From positions 10,232,001 through 10,296,000 of the forward strand of contig NC_045698.1 of the NCBI RefSeq assembly GCF_009834535.1: a stretch of DNA of 64,000 nucleotides. Direction: 5' to 3'. How positions within the stretch are numbered: the stretch's first letter is position 1; each line of letters opens with the position of its first letter. Origin of the DNA: Camelus ferus. Taxonomy: Eukaryota. A model generated the notes under the pieces. It had not been told where the DNA came from and did no database searches. It saw only the letters and a list, made by a program, of their open reading frames with translations. Shown one piece after another: positions 1-11,442 of this stretch. The position numbers and the translations under genes were made by a program.

Positions 1-3000
1 TCTGACTTGGGACATTTACCTCTTTGTTAGTTATCACCTTTCACATTGCTCTGGTTTTTTGGCCTTTCTCTCCTAATTTTGCCTGAAATTCTCTCTCTGT
101 GCCACCTGTTAAGTTTGGTGGCACTTAGAAGTAAAGTGCTGACTCCTGGTCTGTGGCCAAAGACATGACATGGGGTCTCAGAAGTGTCACTCTAAGATGA
201 CATCTGCCAGTCCTTTCCCTCTCCATGGGCGCGAGAGGACAGGCGTGTGCTTCCAGGGGAGTTGCTGAATGTATCCTTTTGTTCCGAAAGTTTAGGAGGC
301 ACAGCTAGACCCTTTAATGTATGAGGAAAGAGCACAGGAAGAGTTGTCCTATCTGCAGTGTAATCTAAAATCACTGGTCTAGCACAGAAGCCATCTATTT
401 GTAATTCTTTTTTTGTAGTCATATACTCCGTTTTCATAAATAGCTCTTCAGGGCATGGAACAGAATCTGCCTTTATGATCTGAGGACATTTCACGGCTGA
501 GTTTCTTCCTGCTTTTTACTGAGAGTTACGTGATATTTTTAATTTGGCTTTAATGTGTGTACAGGCTTCCTCGGTCTTCTGCCTAGTGGGTGTGTTTTTA
601 AAAATGGAAACCAGATTAAAAATGATACTTAGGTGATTGCCTAATAATAGCCACAAACTCAGTTTTTTTGTGTGGTTAGTTTTATATATCTGCTTTTTTT
701 CCCCCTCCAATTTTCTTTTCTGTTTTAGAAGTTTCAGTTGTCAATTTTAATGAAATTAACATCTCTCTCTGTGGCATAGTCAACAAAATTATTGTGGTAG
801 AATTGTTTAGAATTTATATTCTAGACTCTGTTCATACACATACATATATCACTTTACAAGTTTCAGCACCAGTTTAGCCACTGATTCATGCATGTGCTTT
901 TTTCCTCTAGGAAAACTATGAGTCTTACTTAGTGGAGCAATTCAGGAACTAAGAGGCTAGAGTAACTACAGGTTTAAGAAACTAAAGATACACGGAAGTT
1001 AGGCTGTGGCTGATAGTGAGACATAGGAGGTCAAGATTTTCATTGTTAAGTTTTGTTTTCTTCGCATTGTTACCTATGTCCGTATGATGCTCTTCCTGTG
1101 GAGGGGCCTGGAACTCAGCAGCTCTGACTTGCATCGCTCACTGAATCAGGGGAATTAGTGAATAGGTATGGATTAGAGTCGGCAGGAGTTACCGAGAACG
1201 CTGTGGAGTTGCGTGAGTCACACGGGCCTCTTCTGAGGTCCCGGCCCTGGAACTGGGCTGTTCTCCTTGCTGAGAGTTGTAGAGCGTGGAGCCCAGGACT
1301 GTGGTTGTGGGGGCACTTCTGTGAGGCTCTGCGGTGTCCCGGCCCGGCCACCTGCAGGCAGAGGCTGTGAGGGAGTGCTCGTAAGCATGGTTTTCTTGCC
1401 TGGTAGCAGTGGAAGGAGATCCTCTTTTCAAATCTCAGTAGATCAGGACCCATAGCCACGGCTTACTCCTTCTTAGTGTTGCCATCACGTGATCCGCCTC
1501 CTCCCTGCCTGGCTCCGAGAGAGCACTTCGTGCTGCCTTGGAACTTGCCATGCTGTGCCTGGCTCTCTAGGTATTTATGAGCTTGTCTCCTCGAGGGCCG
1601 CAGTGGTGCCTACTTCCTCTTTGCGTTTGCCCCGCTGCCCTCTCCGTCCATCTGACTTGGAATTGGGATGTGATCAGTCTTCGTGGTCACATTCCGCGCG
1701 TTACCCAATGACTGCCAATGAATTGCTGAGACTACGTCGCATCCATTCAAGAATTTTGAAGGAACCTTAAGGATGAAATTGCAGAACCTTTGGCTCTTGT
1801 TTTTGCCTTTTATAAATAGGCTCTGTTTTAAAAGCTTGGTGGGTCGCCAGCACAAAGTGTGATATAGTGGAAAGCAAAACGGCCCTGGAGGCCTGGGTTC
1901 TGTGTTGAGCCTTTTCACAACCAGCTGGGTGGTGCCACTGAGCCCCCGGACCTCAGGGTTGTCGTCAGGGTGTGTTTGGCGTCATCTTTGCTTAGAGTCT
2001 CTGGTGATCGTCAGTATCATGGCTGCATGCCGTTAAACTGGGTTCTTCACATATGTGTAAGAAGTCTGTAAGTGTGGACAGGATTGTTATTAATCTGCTC
2101 TTTGGCTCTGTGAACGGTGTGTTGTAGCGACTAGATTCTGTTGGATTCCTCCAGAAGGTGCTGGTTTCCTTGCTGTTTGCGTGCTTGTTTCAGCAGGCTG
2201 GACGCCAGCCACCCGGCCTGCTCTTCCGCAGTGGGCGAGCAGTCGCTCCATCCTTGGGTCAGGTCCTTGTCTTTCCTGGAGTTGGGGCTGCTTGGAGCTT
2301 GCCCTGAACACACGGGGCTCAGGGGACAGCCAGAGGTTTGGGCCAAGTTTCTACACGGAACGTGGGGCTCCCCTTCCCCTTCCCCTTCCCACGATTTCTG
2401 CTGCTGGGGTCGCCCCGAGCCGTGTCCTGACTTGTTTCAGCAGCTCTGGGTGGCTTCGGTTGGGCCCTGCTCTCAGGCTGAAAACCTTTACGGGGTCATT
2501 TCCTTTCTCCTGGTATCGCTCCCTGATTTTGGTCACTCTCCCGTGCCTGGGGACAGTCGTGTTTTTTTTACAGGTTTCATCTGCGGGAGGACTGTTCCCC
2601 GGGAACTGCTCAGTCATACAGCAGTGGAAGCCCCTTCATTTACTGAGCACGCTTTTCTTTCTTGCTAATTCCATCTCTACCTCTTGCATTGGTTATGTTA
2701 CCATGTTAATGTTTTGGATACTTTTCCTTGTATTATTTTGGCAAAAACACATAGGAAAACAGGAATGGGGCAGTAGTCTGTAATTTTTTTCTAGAGATTG
2801 CTCTTGCATTAATGATAATTACTGGTTTTGATGGGATGACCAACATCCTGAACCTGGATTACCTCTGCTAGAGACCTCCAAGAGAAAAATCCTGAGACTG
2901 TATAACCCCAAACTCCCATGTGGGCATTCGCCCTGGAGAGCCTGGCCGGGCATGTTTGAGCTGCCAGAATTCCTTCTGCTTAGATGGCTGTTGGCTTGGC

Positions 3001-3744
3001 CTAAATTGCCCGAGGCATGCTTCCTTGCCACAGTAACTCCACTTGGCCTTCTGTGACCTTGGGGACATTGGGGACATGGGGAGAGTTGGTTGGATGTGAG
3101 AAGAGGGACCTTGGCCACACTGTGAAGCAGGTGGACACCAGGCCATCTTACCACATTAGCCAGTGACAGTCCTCCAGGGGTGCATGACCCAGAAAGCCTG
3201 GAAGGACAGAGCCAAGAGGGAGCTGGGGCCAGACCCCAGCTATTTATAATCCCTGCTCTTCCCCCGACACTGTTTATTTTTAACTGGGTTCAGAAGTCTG
3301 ACATCATGAGGCTTTGAGCTCCGCCTAGAGGTTTTCATGTGCCATGAATCACAGTTTTTAGAAAAACCATGTTGCTGCTTTATTTGCCAGTGTTTATGTT
3401 AATCTATGAAATTAAAGTGGAGAGTTTTGAAACGATCTGGACTGATTTCATATCCTGTCTTTTTGGGACTGAACCTTTATTTAAAGCTCGAATTGACCAA
3501 GAGCCTGCTTGGTATGGGAGCCTCTGGGTCAGCAGGCAAGTCATTCTTCCACGTTAAAATAGAAGGTAATCTTGTGATCAGAGACTTCTCTTCATAGAAT
3601 TGAAATGTGTTCAAATGATGATATTTCTAAAGTCGATGTAATGCATGTGAAGAAAGCTACTGTGTTGGCATTGGATAGAACGTGTGAGAAACTAAATGAC
3701 ACCCAAGCAACCTAGTAATTTTATTTTTTTCTTATGTATTTCAG

Positions 3745-3819
3745 GGTTTCGAAAAAACGATGAAATGAAAGCTATGGATGTTTTGCCAATTTTAAAGGAA
3801 AAAGTTGCATACCTTTCAG
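3745..3819 (+). CDS. TRIO: TRIO coding exon ~2 (GFRKNDEMKAMDVLPILKEKVAYLSG), 75 nt, phase 1-1
   Basis: Acceptor tatttcag|GG TTT CGA; donor TCA G|gtaaag. Read manually; too short for the ORF track. Confidence 0.96.
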
Positions 3820-5779
3820 GTAAAGTTTAATTTTCTAATCTTTATTGTTCCTTTCAACTTGATAAAATGTCAGGAGTCTGAAGTACTAAAATAAAAGTAT
3901 TGGCATCTCGAAGGATTTTTAACTGCTTTATTATTGTAGCATTTTCCTGCGGAATTAGTGCCCAGGCTTTCCTTCATCAATCAGCGTTGATGATTAACAT
4001 ATGTTTGTGGCTGTCTTCCAACAAATATTCGGCTGTTTTGTTCTAATCAGTTAAGTAAAAAAAACCTGATTTTTCAGCAGAAGTGGTGGCATTGTGGTCA
4101 TATGTGGTCATATGTCCTGAACTCCTTACCTCTGTTTCTTGTGCTCTGGTCCTTGGAGTTTCCTAGAACCCATGTTATGGACCTTGAAAGCCTCCACCGG
4201 TCCTCTGCTTAACTGTAGAGTCTGGCCCTTGGGGCCCCGGCCCTGCTGCAGTGGGGACAGTCTCTGGGCCAGTCTCCTGGGCTTTGGGACACTTACCTGG
4301 CCTCTCTGCGTGTAGAGGGTCTGCTCTAGGGCTTTTTTGGCTGTTTCCTCAGGGGCTCCCTCCTACACGAACAGAACAGCCGTGGGGTGTTACACCTTTT
4401 TAGCACGAGTTCACTTATTATAAAATTAAGGTTTGCAGAAGTTTTCTGCTGTATTTTAGCCGGAAGTCAATCTGTAGATTGTCACGTGCTTTTGGAGTGT
4501 CTTCCTGGATGTGTTTCCCTTGATAAATTTTCATCTTTCTTCAACAGGCATACTATGCTGATCTGATGTCTCCTCTGGGACACATTTTATTTTAAAATAC
4601 TGCTAGCGGCTTTTACATGTTTTGTGTGTCCTTTCAGCATGTGGGACTGTTACGTATTTAGGATGCAGCTTCCTGTGGTGTTTCTGCTAATCTTATCTTA
4701 CTTTCTGTCCACTAGTGTTTCCTGGTCCCTATTAAACACTATTTGATGATTTTGTGAAAGTAAATCTAATTCAAAGTGCATTTGGAAGGTTAATAGAAGA
4801 GTAAGAAGTTCATGAAAAGAAGGAAGTGCTTTAGATTGTTGGAAAAACTTGGTGGGAAAAAAAGGATGAAAGGGGAAGAAAAACCCTCCTGGCTTATAAT
4901 ACACGGTTTTCAAAGTAGCATTTGCTCTTTTCTAATCACTTACTGACAAACTGCATAATTTGGATTCTTGCTAGTTTCGTGAACTCCTGACTAGTTTCCA
5001 GGTGGATTTTAAAGTTAAGATACTAATGAAAAGACTCTAGTTATAAATATTAGAGGCATCAGTAAGAAAGGCTTAATTAAAAACAGTGAGTCCTGCACAT
5101 TTGTCAGTGTTTTATTTTAAAGTTTGGATCTGTGATGAGGGCCCTTCCTCCTCCATCTCCTCTATTGTTTCTGAACCTTATTCCACTTTCTTCTCCTGTT
5201 AATGAGCTCATGGAGATGGGCAGGTAAAGGAGAGTAGAAGGTTTAGGAGTCATGGTTTTTATTTGTATTCATTCTTTTTTTAAGCATTTAATGCAAAATA
5301 TATTAATGGATGGCAATTCTCTCCAAGTTACTGTCAAACTATTTCTGTTTCAACTAATCAAAGAAATAAAACCAGTCTTGACAAGTTTATCATGAATCTT
5401 TTACTAAAGCCTTAAATTCTGCAGGGTTAATTAAAATCAGGTGTCTTTAGTGGGGAGGGAAGTTTTGCGTTGCAACAAATCAGTTTGGAACTGTTGTTAA
5501 ATATTAGAGATGTTAGGACTTGTACCAGCTGTGTGAGGAGAATGGCGTTAGTAGGTGCCACCACAATTTTATAGCAATTTGTGACCAGAACTGGCCAGTT
5601 TAAGTAGCTTGAGGTTACTGCTGATTGCCTTAGACATGCTGTTATCTTGTTTAGGAAGGGAAAAGAGAGAAAAAAATCATTAAATTAAAAACAAATTGAT
5701 TACTTGTGTGGTGAATTTTTTTTTTGAAAAGTTACAATGAAGGAGTAAACTTGTGAAAATATTTTTATCTCTGGTCCTG

Positions 5780-5965
5780 TTTTTTTCTTTCTTCTTTTTC
5801 ACCGAGTTATAATTCATATACTATAACTCTACCTTTTAAAAGCATACAATCTTGTAGATTTTAGTGTATTCACAAGGTTGTGGAACCGTTGTCACCGTCT
5901 TAATTAATTCTAGAACACACTTTTATTACCCCACAAAGAGCCCCTCTACTTTTTGCTGTGACCCC
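5780..5965 (-). mobile_element. Old L1 (L1MB-like) 3' end fragment
   Basis: A T-rich tail followed by 'ttataattcatatactataa...ttttagtgtattcacaaggttgtggaacc...ttctagaacac' resembles the recalled L1MB 3' UTR in antisense. Confidence 0.6.
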
Positions 5966-6269
5966 ATTTTTTAAAAAATATCAGGGTTATTTATTATGAT
6001 GACTTTGTAAAAGGTCTCCATGTGAGTGGCTTTTAGTAAATTAAATCTGAGTGGAGTAGCCAGGGCTTTGAAAAAGCAGGCCACAGAATCACTGATTCTG
6101 TGAGATACCTACTAGCTCAAGATCTCTGAAAAACCGGTGTGGACTCCTTGAACTTGAATATTCCCGATGCATTTCCGGGTACTCTAAAAAGTAGCCCTCA
6201 TTGCACTTAAGATAGCAAAGTACTGCTTCCTCCATTGAGAAGGCAAATTAAATTAGATGAGATGACTTA

Positions 6270-6293
6270 TCTGACTTCATGCATGAAGTCAGA
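6270..6293. repeat. Perfect 24-bp palindrome TCTGACTTCATGCATGAAGTCAGA
   Basis: The sequence equals its own reverse complement (12-bp arms, no spacer). Confidence 0.95.
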
Positions 6294-6889
6294 GGAGAGG
6301 CTGTGAAAAAATACCCTGTAGTTTGTATTTAATGTTCTATATGTAAAGCATGGGTATATTTATAGTATACATATTTAATATATTACATATATTTAATGTT
6401 CTACGTGTGTGTATGTAATATGTATAGTGTCAAGCACTACATGTGGTTCCCATGCCACTAGGGCTTGGGCCTTAAAAGAACCCACAGACACCCACCAGAA
6501 TTAAGAAGACATTCTCCTCCCTTATTTTTTTTATCAGGGAACATTTCAACATCCAAAAGGAGACAGAATAGTAGAGTGAATTTGCATGAATCCATGGGTC
6601 ACTTCTGTAATCTTGTTCCATCTGCATTCCTTGAAAAGCTTAAAAAAAAAAACCCCTCAATACCATTAACAGACGTAAAAAATGAATAGTAATTATTATT
6701 ATTTTTTTCTTAAAGTGTTGGGCCCTCTGCCTTCCGCTCCGGCCCAGTTCACCTGCCCTGGGGATTGGAGGAACGTCGGCCTTTTCTCGGAAGGGCTCGG
6801 CCTCCCTGCGGTTTTGAGGAAGCCAATGGCTGGGGCAGTAATTCTTTAATGTAAAAAAACTAATCAATATTCGTATTTCCCTGCTCATC

Positions 6890-7930
6890 TCATTATTTGT
6901 TTTTATAGGATGTACATTGCAGTCGGTTGATGTGTCTGGTGTCTCTTGTAATGTGCAGATTTTTCCTCCTCGTCCTTTTTCTCTTGCCCCTTTATGTTTA
7001 CTGAGTGAGGAAATAGGGTGTCTTCCTGCAGATTTCCCTACATTTTGCTATTTGCATCCCTGGGTTGCCATGTAACATGTTCCCCTTCCCCTGTGTGTTC
7101 TGTGAACCGGGAGCTGGATCTTGAGGCTTGATTAGACTTAGCTTAGGTTTTGCAGGGAAGTAGGCAAAACTTTTTAATGGGTAGTGTTGGACAGTTCTAC
7201 TGGGAGCTTTACTGGGAGAGTCTGGTTGTCTGTTTATGATGTTAAGCATTCATTGATGATTATTGTTTAGATATATTTTATAGGGTTGCAAAATGATGAC
7301 ATTCTAATTACATCCTTTTCCTTCATTTATTAACTTGGATATTCCATAAGGAGACATATCCATCATCAGCTTCTTGGTTACCCTGAGAACATAGATCGTA
7401 CAGGAAAGGATGGATAAATAATTGATTCTTGTCCTTTGCTAGTTTTCAGACTAATTGAAAATGATCATTAGTCATTTCAGACTAATGAAAAATCTTTTTT
7501 TTTTTAAGGTATCATTTTGGGCTCACGCATTTCAATTGTACACTTTCTTTTTCTCTCACGAAGTGAGAATTTTCCCGTCTGTGGCTGATGGGAGCCTCTG
7601 CAGATTGGCTTCTGAATCCATGTGCCACAGTAATACAGCTTCTTTCTTTGCCGATGTGACCAGATGTTTCAGGCTCATCTTGTCTATTTCCTGCCCCTGT
7701 CAGCCGTTTCCCTGAGCTCCCTGGTTCTTTTCCGCGGGGAGCTGTGGGGACAGGGTGCTGGGGAGCTTGCTGTTCCGGGTGGGCCACTGTTTCTGTGCCT
7801 CTTCAGTGGACACATTTAGAAAGTAGGTATAAACATGTTTTTTAAATGAGAAAGGGTATCATGACTTCATACCAAAATTTCCAATTCAAATTTGGGATTA
7901 CAGATATTTTTCTTTGATTTTATATTTGCA
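6890..7930 (-). mobile_element. Old L1 (L1MC5-like) 3' region, degraded
   Basis: 'ttgcatccctgggttgccatgtaacatgttcccc...gatcttgaggcttgattagact' and 'gatgtttcaggctcatcttgtctatttcctgcccc' resemble the recalled L1MC 3' UTR in antisense. Confidence 0.55.
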
Positions 7931-9475
7931 TCTCCTTTGGAAGAGTTTGCTCTTTGTGGTCAGTGAGTTACCATTCCGGAGCAGGGCAGGGTGGGGGGGT
8001 TTGTTTTTTGACTAAGCCAGCGTTTGGATGGGCAGCTAATCCTTAATGAGCTGTTGGTCTTTGGTTCCAGACACGCAGAGGTCCAGGGACTGTAAAACTC
8101 CCGTCCATGGATATCCTGTGACATTGGAAGGTGCAGGAAATGGACTTCCTGCCCTTTCCTTTTCATTGTAGGAACTAAGGCCCTGAGTTTCCGTCTGTAA
8201 AATGGGACTTGACATGTGTCCCGCCTGCCTCACCACGAGGCTGTGGGTTGACCTCAGACTCCATGAGTCTGTCTAGTCGATGAAGCTTTTACGAGCTGCA
8301 GCACTATTATTTGTGTTAGTTCAGGAGCAAGAACTGTGAAGCTTCTCTGCTTCATAACCCGCTCAGTATTTTCATTTGTGTACCTTCTGAGACATTGGCA
8401 ATCAAGATAGATTTTGAGGAATGTACTGTAAACAGACATCGGTGGAGGTGATTTTTAAACTCCTTGGGGTTCAGAGACTATGTTCCTTTGAACTAATACT
8501 GCATTTCAGTGGTTCTAAGATTTTTTTTTTTTCAATCTCACTGGGAGGGGTCAGCAGATGGGTAATTGGCACCTGCCTGTCACTGACTGTGACACTGCAG
8601 ATTGGAAGATGCACCCCCAGGAGGTTAGCAGGTGAAAATATTGTTAAATTACTTAATAGAGAATATGCAGGTTTCACTTCGTAAGTGATTTTTTGATGAC
8701 GTTTTAAAAAGTATCCGAGTGAGTTTTTGAAACTCTATTCTGGAAAAAGGAAGAAAGTAAAATGGTTTTTCCCCCTCCATCTTAGAGTTCAAGCTGAGAT
8801 TTAAACAAACTTTTAGGACACGAATGAGAGCCTGTTTGGTGGATGAAAATGCTGTCAGGTCTCGGGGGACCCTCTTCAGTGCCAGCACCATGGGGCATCT
8901 CCAGCTGACAGTGCAGCAGTCCACGGAGGCAGCCAGGCCTTCTGCGCACACGTGTAGTTTGTTCTCACTTCTGGAGTGAACAGAATGGCCATGTGCAGTG
9001 TGCACACCTGTTGACTCCCCAGCACTTTCGTGGGCAGATTTTGGATTCTCCTCTTCAAGGCCATGCTGGAGCCAGGCTGATCCCATCATGAGATACAGTG
9101 ACCTCAGAGGGAGGACAGTTGCCATGGGTCACGGGAATTTAGCCTCCCTAATGAATCACACATTATGTTGTATTTAAGCAGTTCAGGGTGGTGGTCCAGA
9201 GAAATGTGAGGTTCCGTTCTCTTTACCAAAAGTGGGGTGAATGCTTTAATTTGCATGTCACTCTATTTTTAAAAGCTCAAGTTGCTGTAATAGGTGTTGA
9301 TGTATAATATTTTTGATCAGGGAGATTGATTCTTTTTTGAAAAGAATGAAAGCTGTAGGGAAATAAAATCCTGTTATATAAAAACTGAACTTGTTACCTG
9401 CCTAATCTGGGAACAAGAAGTATTCCAAAAACCTGGAGCCATTGATATTTCCCTAAAAATACTGTCTGATACTTT

Positions 9476-9586
9476 ATTTTATTATTTTGTTTTATTTTAT
9501 TTCATTTTCTAATGGAGGTACCGGGGATTGAACCCAGGACCTTGTGATTGGTAAGTTGCGCTCCACCACTGAGCTCTACTCTCCCC
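9476..9586 (-). mobile_element. tRNA-derived SINE, camelid Vic-1-like
   Basis: The reverse complement reads GGGGAGAGTAGAGCTCAGTGGTGGAGCG...GGTCCTGGGTTCAATCCCCGGTACCTCC (Pol III A and B boxes) plus an A-rich tail. TSD tgtctgata(c/t)ttt at 9463-9475 and 9588-9600. Confidence 0.85.
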
Positions 9587-11327
9587 TTGTCTGATATTTT
9601 AGATGATGACTCCATAACGACAGTCTGTCATTTCAGTATATATATTCTGTCATTTCATTCATCGTAACAGTACTGCTTCTCACTTTTAATAGTTCTTTTC
9701 ATTAATAAAAAAAAAAATAAGACCCGGGAACCCATCATTTAGTTGTCCTTCTGATATTATTTAGAAAGAGCTGATGCTACTCGTTTGAAAAATCACGTTA
9801 AGTTCTTGCCAGGGCAAAGGTCCAGCAGTGACCTGCTGGCATAGTCTCTTTGTCTTTAGTATTTAAGCTCTTTGAACCTCAGTGTCTTTAATAGTAAAGC
9901 TGACGAGGGGAAGTCTCATAACAGGGTCATTGTTCCTGTAAGATCAGAGCGGGTGTGGAGCCCTCGGTGCTGTGCCTAGCCTGTGTCGGTCGCTGTGATG
10001 GATCGTTGTTCCCATTCAGTACCTGAGTTACTGGATTTATAAATAATTTTAACACTTTTCTGGACTGCATGACTTAACAGTACTTGTGAATCAGTTTCAG
10101 TCTTCAGACTCAGCACTAAGTCTCATTCCTCTTTGGAGGAAGTGTTAATCATCCTAGGAAATTGTCAAGACCCATACTGGTCAAATGTGTTTTTAAAATA
10201 CCAACATCTTCTGAGTCTGTTTTTGACCTTTCTACAAGTAAAGAGTCTGGTTTTCTGTTGTTTGTTTGTTTGTTTGCCTGCTTTTTCATTTACCTCTGCT
10301 GACAAGGTAAATAGTTAAGATGAGAAAAGAATTAAGAGTTTCATATTGTGGCTTGAATTTTGAGATCCTATTGCCATACTTTTGAAAAGAGATGACCAGA
10401 GCCGTAAAACCAAATGCAGCATACACTTGAGAAAGTAGTTTTCTTTCTCTGTATTCTGTTCTGAAAACCCTGGGAGAAGTAATAAAATTAATGTAGCAAT
10501 TTGACCAAAAATGTTCAGTGATGCCAACAGACTTAAGATTGTATACATGTTACTGAGAAATAGTTCTGCCTTTTTATCAAAGACCAGTCATGTGAGATTT
10601 GTACTTAGTGTGTAATTTTTGTAAAATTCTTAAGCTAATTAATTAGTTCTGCTTTAAAATTCTTGCTTGCCAATCTCTTTCTCTCTTTCTCTTATTTTTG
10701 GTTATGTGTGGCTTTGTGTGAGGGAGTAGGGTCAGAAAGCTTGGCTGTGGAGGTCAGATACTGCCCTGGAGAGAGGAAGATGAGGAAGATGCCCTGGATC
10801 CCAGATTGTATAGAGTAGACATCAGTGCAAAGTTTGAAAAACATACCTGTCTTTTCCCTTTCAAGAATTAAACTCAGTTTGGTTGGCAGCAAAGAGAGTG
10901 CTTAGAATGCAGGGGAGGGGAGGAGAGGGGACAGTGTGGAGGAGAGACAGGGAGGGGGAAAGAGAGAGAGAGAAGGTGTGGGAGGCGGTTGTTGAAGGTG
11001 AAGGAAGCATGGAGATGTGCAAACTTTTTTTCTCTCCAAATATAAAACTGAAGAAAAGAGGGAGCACATTGGAAGAGAGATGAGGCCTGCTGTGACATCG
11101 TCCATGTGGTACGCAAAGCTCAGACCTTCAGAGTCCTGGGGGTCATGTTGCCGCCCCGTCTCAGCTGAAAGCCGGGCTCTGGCCCCCTGCCTGGGGCCCC
11201 CGGACAAGCAGGCGGTGGGGGTGCAGCTTTGCGCACGTGGGTGGGTGACAACTTTGGCCCCCCCGCAGCGTGTCCAGTCCTGTCTCCTCTTGTTTGTGTC
11301 TGAGCCATTCCACATGCTTGTTTCCAG

Positions 11328-11442
11328 GTGGCAGAGATAAACGCGGAGGTCCCATCCTAACGTTCCCGGCCCGCAGCAACCATGACAGAATACGACAGGA
11401 GGACCTGCGGAGGCTCATTTCCTATCTCGCCTGTATCCCCAG
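11328..11442 (+). CDS. TRIO: TRIO coding exon ~3 (GGRDKRGGPILTFPARSNHDRIRQEDLRRLISYLACIPS), 115 nt, SEC14 domain
   Basis: Acceptor tttccag|GT GGC AGA; donor CCC AG|gtgagt. Frame continues from the previous exon. Confidence 0.96.

Noticed and set aside
2090..2783. Cluster of overlapping ORFs up to 200 aa (2181..2783, 2141..2668)
   Set aside because: GC-rich intronic sequence with ORFs in several frames on both strands, non-ATG starts for the two longest, low-information composition and no recognisable domain.
4093..4115. Short tandem duplications (tgtggtcata x2 here; also ~12039-12068 and ~58931-58966)
   Set aside because: Ordinary slippage-type micro-duplications with no evidence of function.
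10910..11010. Purine-rich G/A tract upstream of exon 3 (possible G4 or triplex)
   Set aside because: Low-complexity tracts like this are common in mammalian introns; it has no clear mirror symmetry or other support.
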